38,555 nt of DNA, taken from the IMG/VR virus record IMGVR_UViG_3300020122_000242, positions 1-38,555 of that record; one strand, written 5' to 3'. Below are positions 25,639 to 33,397 of the stretch, one piece after another. Within the stretch, counting starts at the first letter, position 1; every line of letters begins with the position of its first letter. The translations under genes were made by a program, and so were the position numbers. Under the pieces are notes generated by a model, which worked only from the letters and a program-made list of their open reading frames with translations, did no database searches and had not been told where the DNA came from. The DNA is from a virus.

Positions 25639-25829
25639 CGCTTCGCCTCCGGAAGGCACTTGCTTTGTAGCGGGATGCTGAAATCCCGATAGGGGTGCGG
25701 ATTGTCATGCGCCATCCGCGTCAGCTCGACTTGCGCCAACAGGCAGGCTCGTTCGGTGGGGAACCAGGCCGCGCCCACGCTACCGCCATGGCCGATGATC
25801 AGCGTCCAGACGAGAATCCAGCCGGTCAT
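25635..25829 (-). CDS. Small protein with an N-terminal hydrophobic segment
   Basis: Only the last 64 codons of ORF 25635..26318 are used (MTGWILVWTLIIGHGG..). ATGA overlap at 25826-25829. Confidence 0.5.
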   Translation of the reverse strand: MTGWILVWTLIIGHGGSVGAAWFPTERACLLAQVELTRMAHDNPHPYRDFSIPLQSKCLPEAKR

Positions 25830-26083
25830 TTGATTTCTCCCTGCCCGCTCTTCCCGAAGTACGCGCGATCCCAGCCGCCGCGCTTGCGGATCCAGGGCAT
25901 TGGGAACGCCCGCCGCGGCTGCAATCCCAATCGGATCCGAACCCGCCCCGGCGTGAAGACGACCCGGGGCACCTTGACGCGCTCCAGACGCCGCAACAGT
26001 TCCTCGTCCGGCACATGCCGCCCGTTCGGAACCCCGGGTATCGGCAGCCGCGAACCCTTGCGCACGAATCCAAGCGTTTCCAT
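25826..26083 (-). CDS. Hypothetical small protein
   Basis: Only the last 85 codons of ORF 25826..26629 are used (METLGFVRKG..). TGATG one-nt overlap at 26083. Confidence 0.45.
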   Translation of the reverse strand: METLGFVRKGSRLPIPGVPNGRHVPDEELLRRLERVKVPRVVFTPGRVRIRLGLQPRRAFPMPWIRKRGGWDRAYFGKSGQGEIK

Positions 26084-26490
26084 CAGACGTCTTCCTCCAA
26101 AACCTGGCCCCAGCCCTTCCATTGTCCGACCATCGCTCCGCACGCCGGCTGCGCGGGAAGCCGCTCGACCTCGCGCCCTGCCTCGCGGAACCGTTCGAGC
26201 GCCTCGGCGATGTCCTCTTGGGTCGGTACGCGATACCCTGCGCGGCGTTTCCCGTGAATCGTGGTCGCCGCGCGAGCCTGCGAGCAGCCGGTGCAGGCCA
26301 TCGCGCCCCAGGCCCCATTCCCCGCGCCGATCTTGACGACCACCGCCTCGGGCGGAACGGTCTGACTGCACCAGGTCACCCGACCGGCCGCCCCGCGATC
26401 CGCCTTGATCTGATGCGCCAGCGACCATTCGCCGCTGATCTGCAGCCGCCAGCGCCATCCCGTCCGGGCCCCACCCTCGCTTCCGCTCAT
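26083..26490 (-). CDS. Hypothetical protein
   Basis: Only the last 135 codons of ORF 26083..26718 are used (MSGSEGGART..). ATGA overlap at 26487-26490. Confidence 0.5.
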   Translation of the reverse strand: MSGSEGGARTGWRWRLQISGEWSLAHQIKADRGAAGRVTWCSQTVPPEAVVVKIGAGNGAWGAMACTGCSQARAATTIHGKRRAGYRVPTQEDIAEALERFREAGREVERLPAQPACGAMVGQWKGWGQVLEEDV

Positions 26491-27674
26491 GGCGAACTCT
26501 CCACGATGACCGGTGCCGTTGCTGTTCCCGGCATTTCGTTCCACTCCCGCCCATCCAGCAGCCGCCCTGCGCGCTTTTTGCCGACGCGGGCCATTTCCAA
26601 TCCCTCGCATTGGCGGTATTCGCGCGCATGGGTCGCCATCGCCAACGGTTCTTCGAAGTCTGCGACGACCCACTCCCCCCACTGCTTGAAGAAGAACGGA
26701 ACCCCCGCCGCGACGCACTGATCTCGAATCCCCCGCGCCCAGTCCGGGTGCATCGGCCGCGCGCCGGGCCCCGACTCCCCGCCGACGATCACCCAGTCGA
26801 GGCCGACCTCGTCGCCTTTGCCGGTGCCATCACATACGCGGCAGCCATTCGCATTCGTGTCAGGCTCATATTGCGAGCCGTCTTTGCACCGGGGGCAGGC
26901 GAGATTCCAGAGACCGTCCAGGCTAAAATCCACGGACCCCAGCAGCGGCTCGGCGCTCACGAACCGCACCGCCGCGGGCGTCGCCAGCAACTCGGGAATC
27001 CGCGCATCCGCCGTCGGCTGATCCTCCGCACTTACCCCCAGCCATACGTTTGGGAGGGGCCATTTCCATTGCTCCAACGTACCTTCGCGAAACCAGAAGG
27101 ACGTTCCATGCTCCGCTTCCGCCATAACCCGGGCTTCGGTCTTCGGATCGGACAGGTACGCCCGCATCCGTTCCGGCCGCTTGGTGAGTATCTGGAAGGT
27201 GATAATCGGTTGCAGCGGCCCGTCCGGGCATCGGCAGTCCTGGTGGTCGTCATCGGGACATCCCGAGTTGTAGCGCACCCACTCAAAACTCCGGAGCGCC
27301 ATCACCGCGAAAATCCGATCGAGCACCGCGTCCGGCACGCCCTCATGAAACAGATCGCTCATCGAGTTCACGAACACCCGCAATCCCTGCTTGCGCCACC
27401 GGAGCGGCGCCTCGATCAGCTTCTCGACGACCGCGATCTTGCCGGTCCAGTGGGGTTCGCCGGGAAAAAGCGCATTCCGGGGAGCGTCCGTCCCGACGCC
27501 GACGGGCTTGATCTGCCCCATCGCTGCCAACCCCTCATAGGCCATCCCCGGCCCGCTGAATCGCGCCGCCACCCGCTCGGCGTAGCAGTGCCGACAGCCC
27601 TCGCTCACGCGCGAGCACCCCCGGATCGGGTTCCATGTGACGTCCGTCCATTCGATGGCGCTGTTCTGGCTCAT
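26487..27674 (-). CDS. DUF5131 / phage Gp37-Gp68 family protein with a Cys-rich insertion
   Basis: The N-terminus IEWTDVTWNPIRGCSRVSEGCRHCYAE matches the family signature IEWT..TWNP..GC..S.GC..CYA. It also has LDWVIVGGESGPGARP and an extra CPRCKDG...CRVCDG zinc-ribbon-like insertion. Confidence 0.75.
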   Translation of the reverse strand: MSQNSAIEWTDVTWNPIRGCSRVSEGCRHCYAERVAARFSGPGMAYEGLAAMGQIKPVGVGTDAPRNALFPGEPHWTGKIAVVEKLIEAPLRWRKQGLRVFVNSMSDLFHEGVPDAVLDRIFAVMALRSFEWVRYNSGCPDDDHQDCRCPDGPLQPIITFQILTKRPERMRAYLSDPKTEARVMAEAEHGTSFWFREGTLEQWKWPLPNVWLGVSAEDQPTADARIPELLATPAAVRFVSAEPLLGSVDFSLDGLWNLACPRCKDGSQYEPDTNANGCRVCDGTGKGDEVGLDWVIVGGESGPGARPMHPDWARGIRDQCVAAGVPFFFKQWGEWVVADFEEPLAMATHAREYRQCEGLEMARVGKKRAGRLLDGREWNEMPGTATAPVIVESSP

Positions 27675-28345
27675 CCGTGTTTATCCGCTGTGATCTGTGG
27701 CCGCTGTTCGCGGTTTGCGCGTGCCGCTCGCAATTGCCTAGGCACTCGTGCCGAAGAGGAGCCGCGCGAACGCTTCCCGCGCCGCTTGCGGGACGACGGA
27801 ATCGCCCAGGGCGCCAAGACGGTCCACCCGAGCGGGAACCCCATGAGCCACTCGACCCACGTCGGGTTCAGTTGCCCAGTCGCCAAGCCCTCCAGATCCA
27901 CGGCGGTGTCGTTCAGATTGGGCGAATACCCCGCTGCCGTGCCGCGCGCCTTGTTCTTGGCGTCTCCCGTTTTGGCGTCGCGCCGAGTCGGCGTCGGATA
28001 AAGCTCCATCGCCCGATAGAGTTCCGTCCGGTTCATCCCCGAGCTGCGCAGCCCCGCACAGTGCCGAGGCGTCGGAAACCTCGCCGCCAGGTTCGAGAGG
28101 GTCGGTCTGCCGCCCGCATAGACCTGTCCCGCCGAGCCCTTCGCCCCGTCTCCCTTCGTCGGCGTGGGCCAGACACCACCACCGCTCCCGGAGATGCGGC
28201 GCTCCCACGTCGTAAGCGCTGAGCACACCCCACCGCGCGTCATACCCCAGCGCGGCAAGGGCCCCGGCCACGGCGAGGCCTCCCCGTCCAGTGAGAGCTG
28301 GGACGTTCTCCAGGAAGACGTAAGCGGGTCGTAGCTCGCCAACGA
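27671..28345 (-). other. Alternative-frame (+1 relative to the C5-MTase frame) protein-like coding signal
   Basis: This is part of ORF 27671..28645. It has three [W/F/Y]PTP units and LNPTWVEWLMGFPLGWT. Its GC3 is higher than the annotated frame over the centre. It ends in an ATGA overlap with the next gene. Confidence 0.4.
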
Positions 28346-28652
28346 GCCGAGCGACCTCCCACCAAAGCCGACTGTGCTTTCCCGCCAGGCCCGCGCCGCG
28401 GCCCGCAAGGCTGATGTCCGTGCACGGGAATCCGGCGCTAACAAGGTCGACCGGGACGCGGATGTGCTGCGCCGACAGAGTGCGCACATCGTCCCAAATC
28501 GGCGCGCGCTCAAGCTCACCCGCCTGCATCCGCGACAGCAGAACACCGCGCCGGTACCGTGCCAGTTCGCAATAGGCGACGACCCTGACCCAGGGCCGGA
28601 GCGCAAGCGCGATTCCTCCGATTCCCGAAAATAAGTCCAACCCATTCAGCAT
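27738..28652 (-). CDS. DNA (cytosine-5)-methyltransferase (frame A); the central target-recognition part is suspect
   Basis: Motifs present: I DLFSGIGG, IV GFPCTDIS, VI ENV, VIII-like GAPHLRERWW, C-terminal EPDVGRVAHGVPARVDRLGALGDSVVPQ (IX/X-like). The central ~100 aa are Arg/Gly-rich and junk-like, with low GC3. See the finding on the overlapping frame. Confidence 0.7.
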   Translation of the reverse strand: MLNGLDLFSGIGGIALALRPWVRVVAYCELARYRRGVLLSRMQAGELERAPIWDDVRTLSAQHIRVPVDLVSAGFPCTDISLAGRGAGLAGKHSRLWWEVARLVGELRPAYVFLENVPALTGRGGLAVAGALAALGYDARWGVLSAYDVGAPHLRERWWCLAHADEGRRGEGLGGTGLCGRQTDPLEPGGEVSDASALCGAAQLGDEPDGTLSGDGALSDADSARRQNGRRQEQGARHGSGVFAQSERHRRGSGGLGDWATEPDVGRVAHGVPARVDRLGALGDSVVPQAAREAFARLLFGTSA

Positions 28653-29923
28653 CCCTCCCCCAGCAATTCGCCCTGCCCCGACGCCTGGTGCGCGGCATGT
28701 TCTTTCCAGTTCCGCCCGAGCTTCCCCGCCTTCAGGCGGTCATGAGCCGTGTGGCCGCCCAGGTCTTTGTCGCCGCCCGCCAGGTCAATCCCCACGAACT
28801 CCCGCCCCTCGCGATACGCAACTAGCCCGACCGTCCCGCTTCCCGCGAACGGGTCGAGTACGACGCAGGGGATGGGCGTCGGGGCCATCACTGCAAAGCC
28901 GGGAGCCATGCATTCGCAGGACGGGCGCCAGCCTGTAGTTTCATCGGCGCGGATAAATCCGGCCTTATGGCCGTCGCGGGCTCTATTCGAGCCCTGATCT
29001 CCGGCCTCGTGCCCATTACCATCGCGACCGTCATAGACGAATCGCTGTCCCGCTTTGACCGTCGGCACCAGATGCTTCTCGACCACCCTGACCCACGGCG
29101 CCCCGCACGCCGGACAGGCGCCCTTTTCGCTCGTCCCGGCCCGAATGCACCGCTCCACCAGCGCCTCGGGAAACGTCGCGAAATGCGCGCCGGGATAGGG
29201 CTGCGTGGCGATCTCCCACACCGTGCGAAGGTTGCGGCCGCCCTCCGGTCCACCCAGATTCGTGCCGTCGTTGCTTGGCGCGCCCGGATAATCGCGATCG
29301 CGCCGATGGCCATGGCCGTTGGTGCGCGGATCCCCGACCGTCGCGGGGGCCTTGTCCTCCCGCACCGCCTCGGCGTCGTAGAAGTACTTCGCGCGCTTGG
29401 TCAGCAGGAACACGTACTCGTGGGACTTGGTGGGCCGGTCGGTGACGCTCTCGGGCATCGGATTCGGCTTCGCCCAGATGCAATCCGCGCGGAGCCACCA
29501 CCCGTCCGCCTGCAGCGCAAACGCCACCCGCCATGGCATGCCGACCAGGTCTTTCGGCTTGAGGCCAGGCGGGGCTTTGCGGGGCTTGTCGGCATGATCG
29601 CCATGCCCCGAGCCCCAATTGGTCTGTTGCTTATCGCCACCGGCGCCGAGGCCGCCTGCCGCATAGCAATCCCCGTAGTTCACCCAACACACCCCATCGT
29701 CCCGCAGGACGCGCCGCACTTCGCGGAAGACTTCGACCATCACGGCGACATGCGCTTCCGGCGTCGCCTCGAGGCCGTACTGGCCGATCTCGCTATAATC
29801 CCGCAGGCCCCAGTAGGGCGGGCTCGTCACGACGCACTGCACGCTCCCGCTCGGGAACGTCCGCAGCACAGCGAGCGCATCGCCCTTCACGATTTGGCCG
29901 AGAGGCAAGGTCGCGCTAATCAC
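28646..29923 (-). CDS. Beta-class N4-cytosine/N6-adenine DNA methyltransferase
   Basis: Motif IV TSPPYW lies upstream of motif I VLDPFAGSGTVG (order IV then I is the beta class). SPPY favours m4C but does not prove it. The start is uncertain: GTG 29923 (GAAGGAGG just upstream, 8-nt overlap with the upstream stop) versus the track start 30088. Confidence 0.75.
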   Translation of the reverse strand: MISATLPLGQIVKGDALAVLRTFPSGSVQCVVTSPPYWGLRDYSEIGQYGLEATPEAHVAVMVEVFREVRRVLRDDGVCWVNYGDCYAAGGLGAGGDKQQTNWGSGHGDHADKPRKAPPGLKPKDLVGMPWRVAFALQADGWWLRADCIWAKPNPMPESVTDRPTKSHEYVFLLTKRAKYFYDAEAVREDKAPATVGDPRTNGHGHRRDRDYPGAPSNDGTNLGGPEGGRNLRTVWEIATQPYPGAHFATFPEALVERCIRAGTSEKGACPACGAPWVRVVEKHLVPTVKAGQRFVYDGRDGNGHEAGDQGSNRARDGHKAGFIRADETTGWRPSCECMAPGFAVMAPTPIPCVVLDPFAGSGTVGLVAYREGREFVGIDLAGGDKDLGGHTAHDRLKAGKLGRNWKEHAAHQASGQGELLGEGC

Positions 29924-30290
29924 TCGCCTCCTTCGCGCTTTCGTCCATGAACCGCCCCGGATAGCCCTGGACGGGCGAATCCCGCAGCCAGTCCCGGGGG
30001 CGACCCATGGATGGTTTCGGGTTCGGAGTTCCGGGTTCGGAGTTAACGGCCTTGTCCCGTTCCCGCTGTTCCTTGCCGCTCTTCGCACGCTTTGGCGCCA
30101 TCGGCAGATCCAAATGCTTCGGCACCTTCAATCCGTTGCGAGCCGCCAACCGCGCCAGGATCGCCCCAATCGGCTCCATGCCGCCCGGCTGTCCCGGCGG
30201 CCGCAGCTCCGGCGCCAGTCCCGGCTGCGCCTCGTACCGCTCGCGCTCGGCGGGCGTCAGGCCGTTGGGGGTGAGGGAGGGGCGGGTCAT
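29916..30290 (-). CDS. Hypothetical protein
   Basis: Trimmed to ATG 30290 (MTRPSLTPNG..). ATGA overlap at 30287-30290. Confidence 0.5.
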   Translation of the reverse strand: MTRPSLTPNGLTPAERERYEAQPGLAPELRPPGQPGGMEPIGAILARLAARNGLKVPKHLDLPMAPKRAKSGKEQRERDKAVNSEPGTPNPKPSMGRPRDWLRDSPVQGYPGRFMDESAKEASD

Positions 30291-30709
30291 GGCGAACCCC
30301 AAAGCGGCGCACTCCCGCGATAAACCGGCTCTGTGCCGAAGCGCTTCATATGCTCCCAGCGTGCGGTATGGCGCCCGATCTCGAAGAGCGGCCAGCGATG
30401 AATCCATTCAGGACAGAAAACCCGCTCAAACCGCTCGGCGAAATATTCGAACGGCTCGAAGACTGTTACTTTGAACCGCCCCCGACCCGGAGAATCATGG
30501 GGGTAGAAAAGCTGACTTGGCTCCCCATCTTCATTGAGTCCCACGCCCCACCGCGCCCACATATGAACGGGTGGCCCGAATTGTTCTGGCCGGTACCCCT
30601 GATCCATTATGGCGAGACGCGCTGCGTCCGCCGCGACGTGACCCCGGACGTAGAGATTGTCGTCCCCTCCATAGAGTTCGATGAACTCGCCATGCGCGTG
30701 GGTACTCAC
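30287..30709 (-). CDS. Hypothetical protein (GTG start)
   Basis: 140 aa. GTGA overlap with the upstream stop at 30706-30709. Confidence 0.5.
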   Translation of the reverse strand: MSTHAHGEFIELYGGDDNLYVRGHVAADAARLAIMDQGYRPEQFGPPVHMWARWGVGLNEDGEPSQLFYPHDSPGRGRFKVTVFEPFEYFAERFERVFCPEWIHRWPLFEIGRHTARWEHMKRFGTEPVYRGSAPLWGSP

Positions 30710-31197
30710 TCACACCCCCGCCCAATCAGCCGCCCGTCCGTCCCGGGCGCGGTGAACTGCGGCCACGGCACCCAGCCCCGTGGACAATGAAATCCCCACT
30801 CCCGCACGTTCGGCCCGCGAATCCACAGCGACCAAGCGGTGCGGTGGCTACCGATCATCGGTCCATTCACACTCCACGGTTGCCATTCCAACTCAATCCG
30901 ATGCGGCGCCGTGGGGCTCCGGAGCACTACCGACCCCAGTCCGCGCCAGATCCGTTCGCCCAGCACATGCTCGAAGTACCCGCCGCTCAGCACGATGGAG
31001 AAGTTCCACCCCACATGATCGTGCATGGCCCGCTCGTCATCGCTTCGGCAGATCTGGTGCAGGTAGATCCCGCCCCACCGGCTCTTGCGCCCGACTGGCC
31101 AGACGTACCAGCGCCGCATGTACGGCGCGGTCTCTTCGCCGATCACAAAGTCCGGCGGCCGGTGGAAGATCCAGGCGAGGCGTGCGAGCAGATTCAT
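30706..31197 (-). CDS. Conserved hypothetical protein (..YLHQICRSDDERAMHDH.. motif)
   Basis: Trimmed to ATG 31197 (MNLLARLAW..). ATGA overlap at 31194-31197. The (D)DxxxHDH(P/V)W-type motif recurs in phage/plasmid proteins of unknown function, as far as I recall. Confidence 0.55.
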   Translation of the reverse strand: MNLLARLAWIFHRPPDFVIGEETAPYMRRWYVWPVGRKSRWGGIYLHQICRSDDERAMHDHVGWNFSIVLSGGYFEHVLGERIWRGLGSVVLRSPTAPHRIELEWQPWSVNGPMIGSHRTAWSLWIRGPNVREWGFHCPRGWVPWPQFTAPGTDGRLIGRGCE

Positions 31198-31445
31198 CCT
31201 CGAGTCCTCCGCCGTTTCGTTTCCCCGATGATCTCGCCCGAGGCAAATGCCTTGGCTGCGAGAATCCGAGTCGTCCGCGCCGGGCCCCAGACCCAGCAGG
31301 TGATCGTCGTGCAATGCGACTGAAACTTGCCGCGGATCTGTTGCATGTCGAAGTCCCCGCCGCACTTCGGGCAGGTCAGGCGCTTGGGCTTGAACAGCTT
31401 CCCGAGCTCGTCGTTGATCTCACGCAGGTCGGAGGCTTGGGTCAT
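31194..31445 (-). CDS. Small zinc-ribbon protein
   Basis: Trimmed to ATG 31445 (MTQASDLREIN..). It has CPKCGG...C..ITC. ATGA overlaps occur at both ends. Confidence 0.5.
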   Translation of the reverse strand: MTQASDLREINDELGKLFKPKRLTCPKCGGDFDMQQIRGKFQSHCTTITCWVWGPARTTRILAAKAFASGEIIGETKRRRTRG

Positions 31446-32449
31446 GGCTTCACCTGCTGCTCGATTTTCCGATTCGCGACACGGCACTCCGCGCAGCGGT
31501 ACCCGCGCACATTGTCCGCGTCCTTGTCCTCGCCGCAGGCTAGGCATCGCGCGAGCTTCGGTTCCGCCTGCCCCAGCCCTTCGATCGGGTGGTGCCGCTT
31601 TAGGTGCGGAAGCGCCCATTTGAACCCGCCGATGCCCTCGCGCACGCAGTATTCGACGATTTCCTGAGGCGAGTACCCGAGCCGCGCGTACTCCATCAGC
31701 GCCAGGTCGAGCAGGCGCAGGCCCTCCGCAGTGACCTTCAGCCGTTTGCTTTTCCGCACGTCCAGATAGGCCTCGGTCGTTTCGGGCTTCACCCCCTGGA
31801 GGGTCGCGCGCGCGCGCGCTTCTGGTAGTTGCCCTTGACCAGCTACTTCCTGAACGACTGAGGAAGGTCCTGTAGTTGGGCCGACGCCGTTTGCTAGGGT
31901 CTCCCCCCGCGCCTTGCTAGGGTCGTTGTCGCCGTTTGCTAGGGTCTCCGAAGCCCTAGCGGATTTTGCTAGGGTCGCGGGCGCCTCCAGCCCCACACTC
32001 CTGGCCCAGGCGCCGAACCGTTTCAGCGTCTTTTGGGGCAGCAGGGGCCACCAATTCTCCATCAACAGCCGGTACGCGTTGCTCTTGCCATCGGTCGGAA
32101 CGATCTCGATCAGTCGCCGCTCGCGCAGACTGGCGACCATCGCGGTCACCGTCCGGGGGGAGCAGCCTTTCACGTCGGGCCATCCGGCGAATTGCGCCAG
32201 CTTCACGTGGGCCAGCTCACAGCGCAGCTCCTCGTCGCGACACTCGTCCGCGATGATTTGCAGCACCTTCCCCTCCGCCGGAGGCAGGGGCAGGTGCAAC
32301 GCCATGGTCTGGGCAAATCCACTCATCCGTTCCGCGTCCTTGCGGGTGCTGCTGCCCTGCTGCCTTCGTCCCTGAACTGCACCGGCGGTGTCCGGGTAGC
32401 CGACGATCTCCCGGCTCTCTCTGCGGGCGGTCACGCCTCTCCGGGTCAT
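31442..32449 (-). CDS. Replication initiator-like protein (winged-helix N-domain, C-terminal zinc ribbon) carrying internal iterons
   Basis: 335 aa (alternative start ATG 32326). The ..AQFAGW....CSPRTVTAMVASLRERRLIEIVP.. segment looks like a wHTH. CLACGE...CAECR is present. Four direct 11-12-nt DNA repeats lie inside the gene, the lambda O-like arrangement. Confidence 0.55.
   Translation of the reverse strand: MTRRGVTARRESREIVGYPDTAGAVQGRRQQGSSTRKDAERMSGFAQTMALHLPLPPAEGKVLQIIADECRDEELRCELAHVKLAQFAGWPDVKGCSPRTVTAMVASLRERRLIEIVPTDGKSNAYRLLMENWWPLLPQKTLKRFGAWARSVGLEAPATLAKSARASETLANGDNDPSKARGETLANGVGPTTGPSSVVQEVAGQGQLPEARARATLQGVKPETTEAYLDVRKSKRLKVTAEGLRLLDLALMEYARLGYSPQEIVEYCVREGIGGFKWALPHLKRHHPIEGLGQAEPKLARCLACGEDKDADNVRGYRCAECRVANRKIEQQVKP
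31890..31976. repeat. Iteron cluster / candidate origin of replication
   Basis: (T)TTGCTAGGGTC occurs at 31890-31901, 31914-31924, 31935-31946 and 31965-31976, with one inverted partial copy CCCTAGC at 31954-31960. Confidence 0.65.
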
Positions 32450-32514
32450 ATGGCCATCTCGACCCGCGCATGGCTCTTCCCAAGTTCATCGGGATAGCAC
32501 CGCCGGCCGTCCAC

Positions 32515-32538
32515 CCCGCGCCTAGTTAGTGGCGCGGG
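32515..32538 (-). terminator. GC-rich hairpin after the 125-aa gene (CCCGCGCC / GGCGCGGG)
   Basis: 8-bp perfect stem and 8-nt loop. No U-tract follows, so its function is uncertain. Confidence 0.3.
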
Positions 32539-32543
32539 ATTCC

Positions 32544-32921
32544 CTAGACCGCGTGCGTCCCTTCGACGCCGCGCTCCATCCGTGCTTTGGTACGGGCATG
32601 CAGAAACGCCTGCGCGCTGATCAGCTTCCCAAGCGTGTCGGCGTTCTCGACGCACGCATACGGCCCCGCCTGAAAGCCCTTCAGCCGGTCGATCAGGATC
32701 TCGATCAGCGCCTCATGCGTGACGCCGTTCACGCCGATCTCGGCGATCGGGCCGTTTTGGAAGCTGATGTGCAGGCTCCGCGGAGGCAGCTTGGCTCCCT
32801 GAGGATTCGGGTAGCTCAGCAAATACGCATGGCAGGCCCCGCCTTGCCCTGGCTCATCCATCACTTCAATCCGAATCTGATCGTTCGCCGGATTGACCTT
32901 GTGCCCCGTTAGCTCTCGCAT
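32544..32921 (-). CDS. Conserved phage protein ending ..RTKARMERGVEGTHAV; possible Acb2/Tad1-family cyclic-nucleotide sponge
   Basis: ORF trimmed to ATG 32921 (AAGGAG 5 nt upstream). FQNGPIAEIGVNGVTHEALIEILIDRLKGFQAGPYACVENA..L..A...L..RT..R..RGVEGT is a pattern I recall from a widespread phage family now labelled Acb2/Tad1 domain. This is unverified memory. Confidence 0.4.
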   Translation of the reverse strand: MRELTGHKVNPANDQIRIEVMDEPGQGGACHAYLLSYPNPQGAKLPPRSLHISFQNGPIAEIGVNGVTHEALIEILIDRLKGFQAGPYACVENADTLGKLISAQAFLHARTKARMERGVEGTHAV

Positions 32922-32947
32922 CGCCGCTCCTTTCTCGTTGACCTGCG

Positions 32948-33397
32948 TTAACCCGCCCTCCGCTGTTCGTACTTCTTCGTGACGTTCGGCCCCTTGCGCC
33001 GCACGCGCCCGCGCGTGGCCGTTTTGTCGAGGTGGCACACGATGCAGGGCACCTGGGCATTCGCCCGCACGCCCGCGCCGCCATCGGCCACTTCGTGGCG
33101 GTGATCGATCTGAAACACGCCATCGAGCGTGGCCTCGCCGAGCCGATAGCGCGCCAGATCTTTCGCCGCCCGGGGATAACGCCGCGCGGCCTCCTGAAAG
33201 CGCACCTGCATCCGCATCCACCACCCGAGCGTCGTGCGCTCCCGGGGCAGCGTGACGCGGAGCCCGACCGTCGCCATGTCCTCGACGAACTGCCGCCAGG
33301 CCTTAGTCTGGCCGCAGTCGACCGCGCAGCAGCGCCCGCAGGAATCGCGATATACCGCGCGCTTGACGGCCTCGGAGAAGTCGGCGGGGCGGGTCAT
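32948..33397 (-). CDS. HNH endonuclease
   Basis: Trimmed to ATG 33397 (ATGA overlap). QIDHRHEVADGG....NAQVPCIVCHLDKT matches DH...GG...N...C..CH..K. Confidence 0.75.
   Translation of the reverse strand: MTRPADFSEAVKRAVYRDSCGRCCAVDCGQTKAWRQFVEDMATVGLRVTLPRERTTLGWWMRMQVRFQEAARRYPRAAKDLARYRLGEATLDGVFQIDHRHEVADGGAGVRANAQVPCIVCHLDKTATRGRVRRKGPNVTKKYEQRRAG

Noticed and set aside
25635-26718. Three long mutually overlapping minus-strand ORFs (227, 267 and 211 aa)
   Set aside because: Only their 3' portions form a consistent non-overlapping chain joined by ATGA/TGATG junctions. The 5' parts are Arg/Gly-rich out-of-frame read-through.
32446-32655. 69-aa minus-strand ORF between the Acb2-like gene and the initiator gene
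   Set aside because: It overlaps the end of the 125-aa gene, its sequence is Arg-rich and featureless, and the region contains a GC hairpin. It is likely non-coding.
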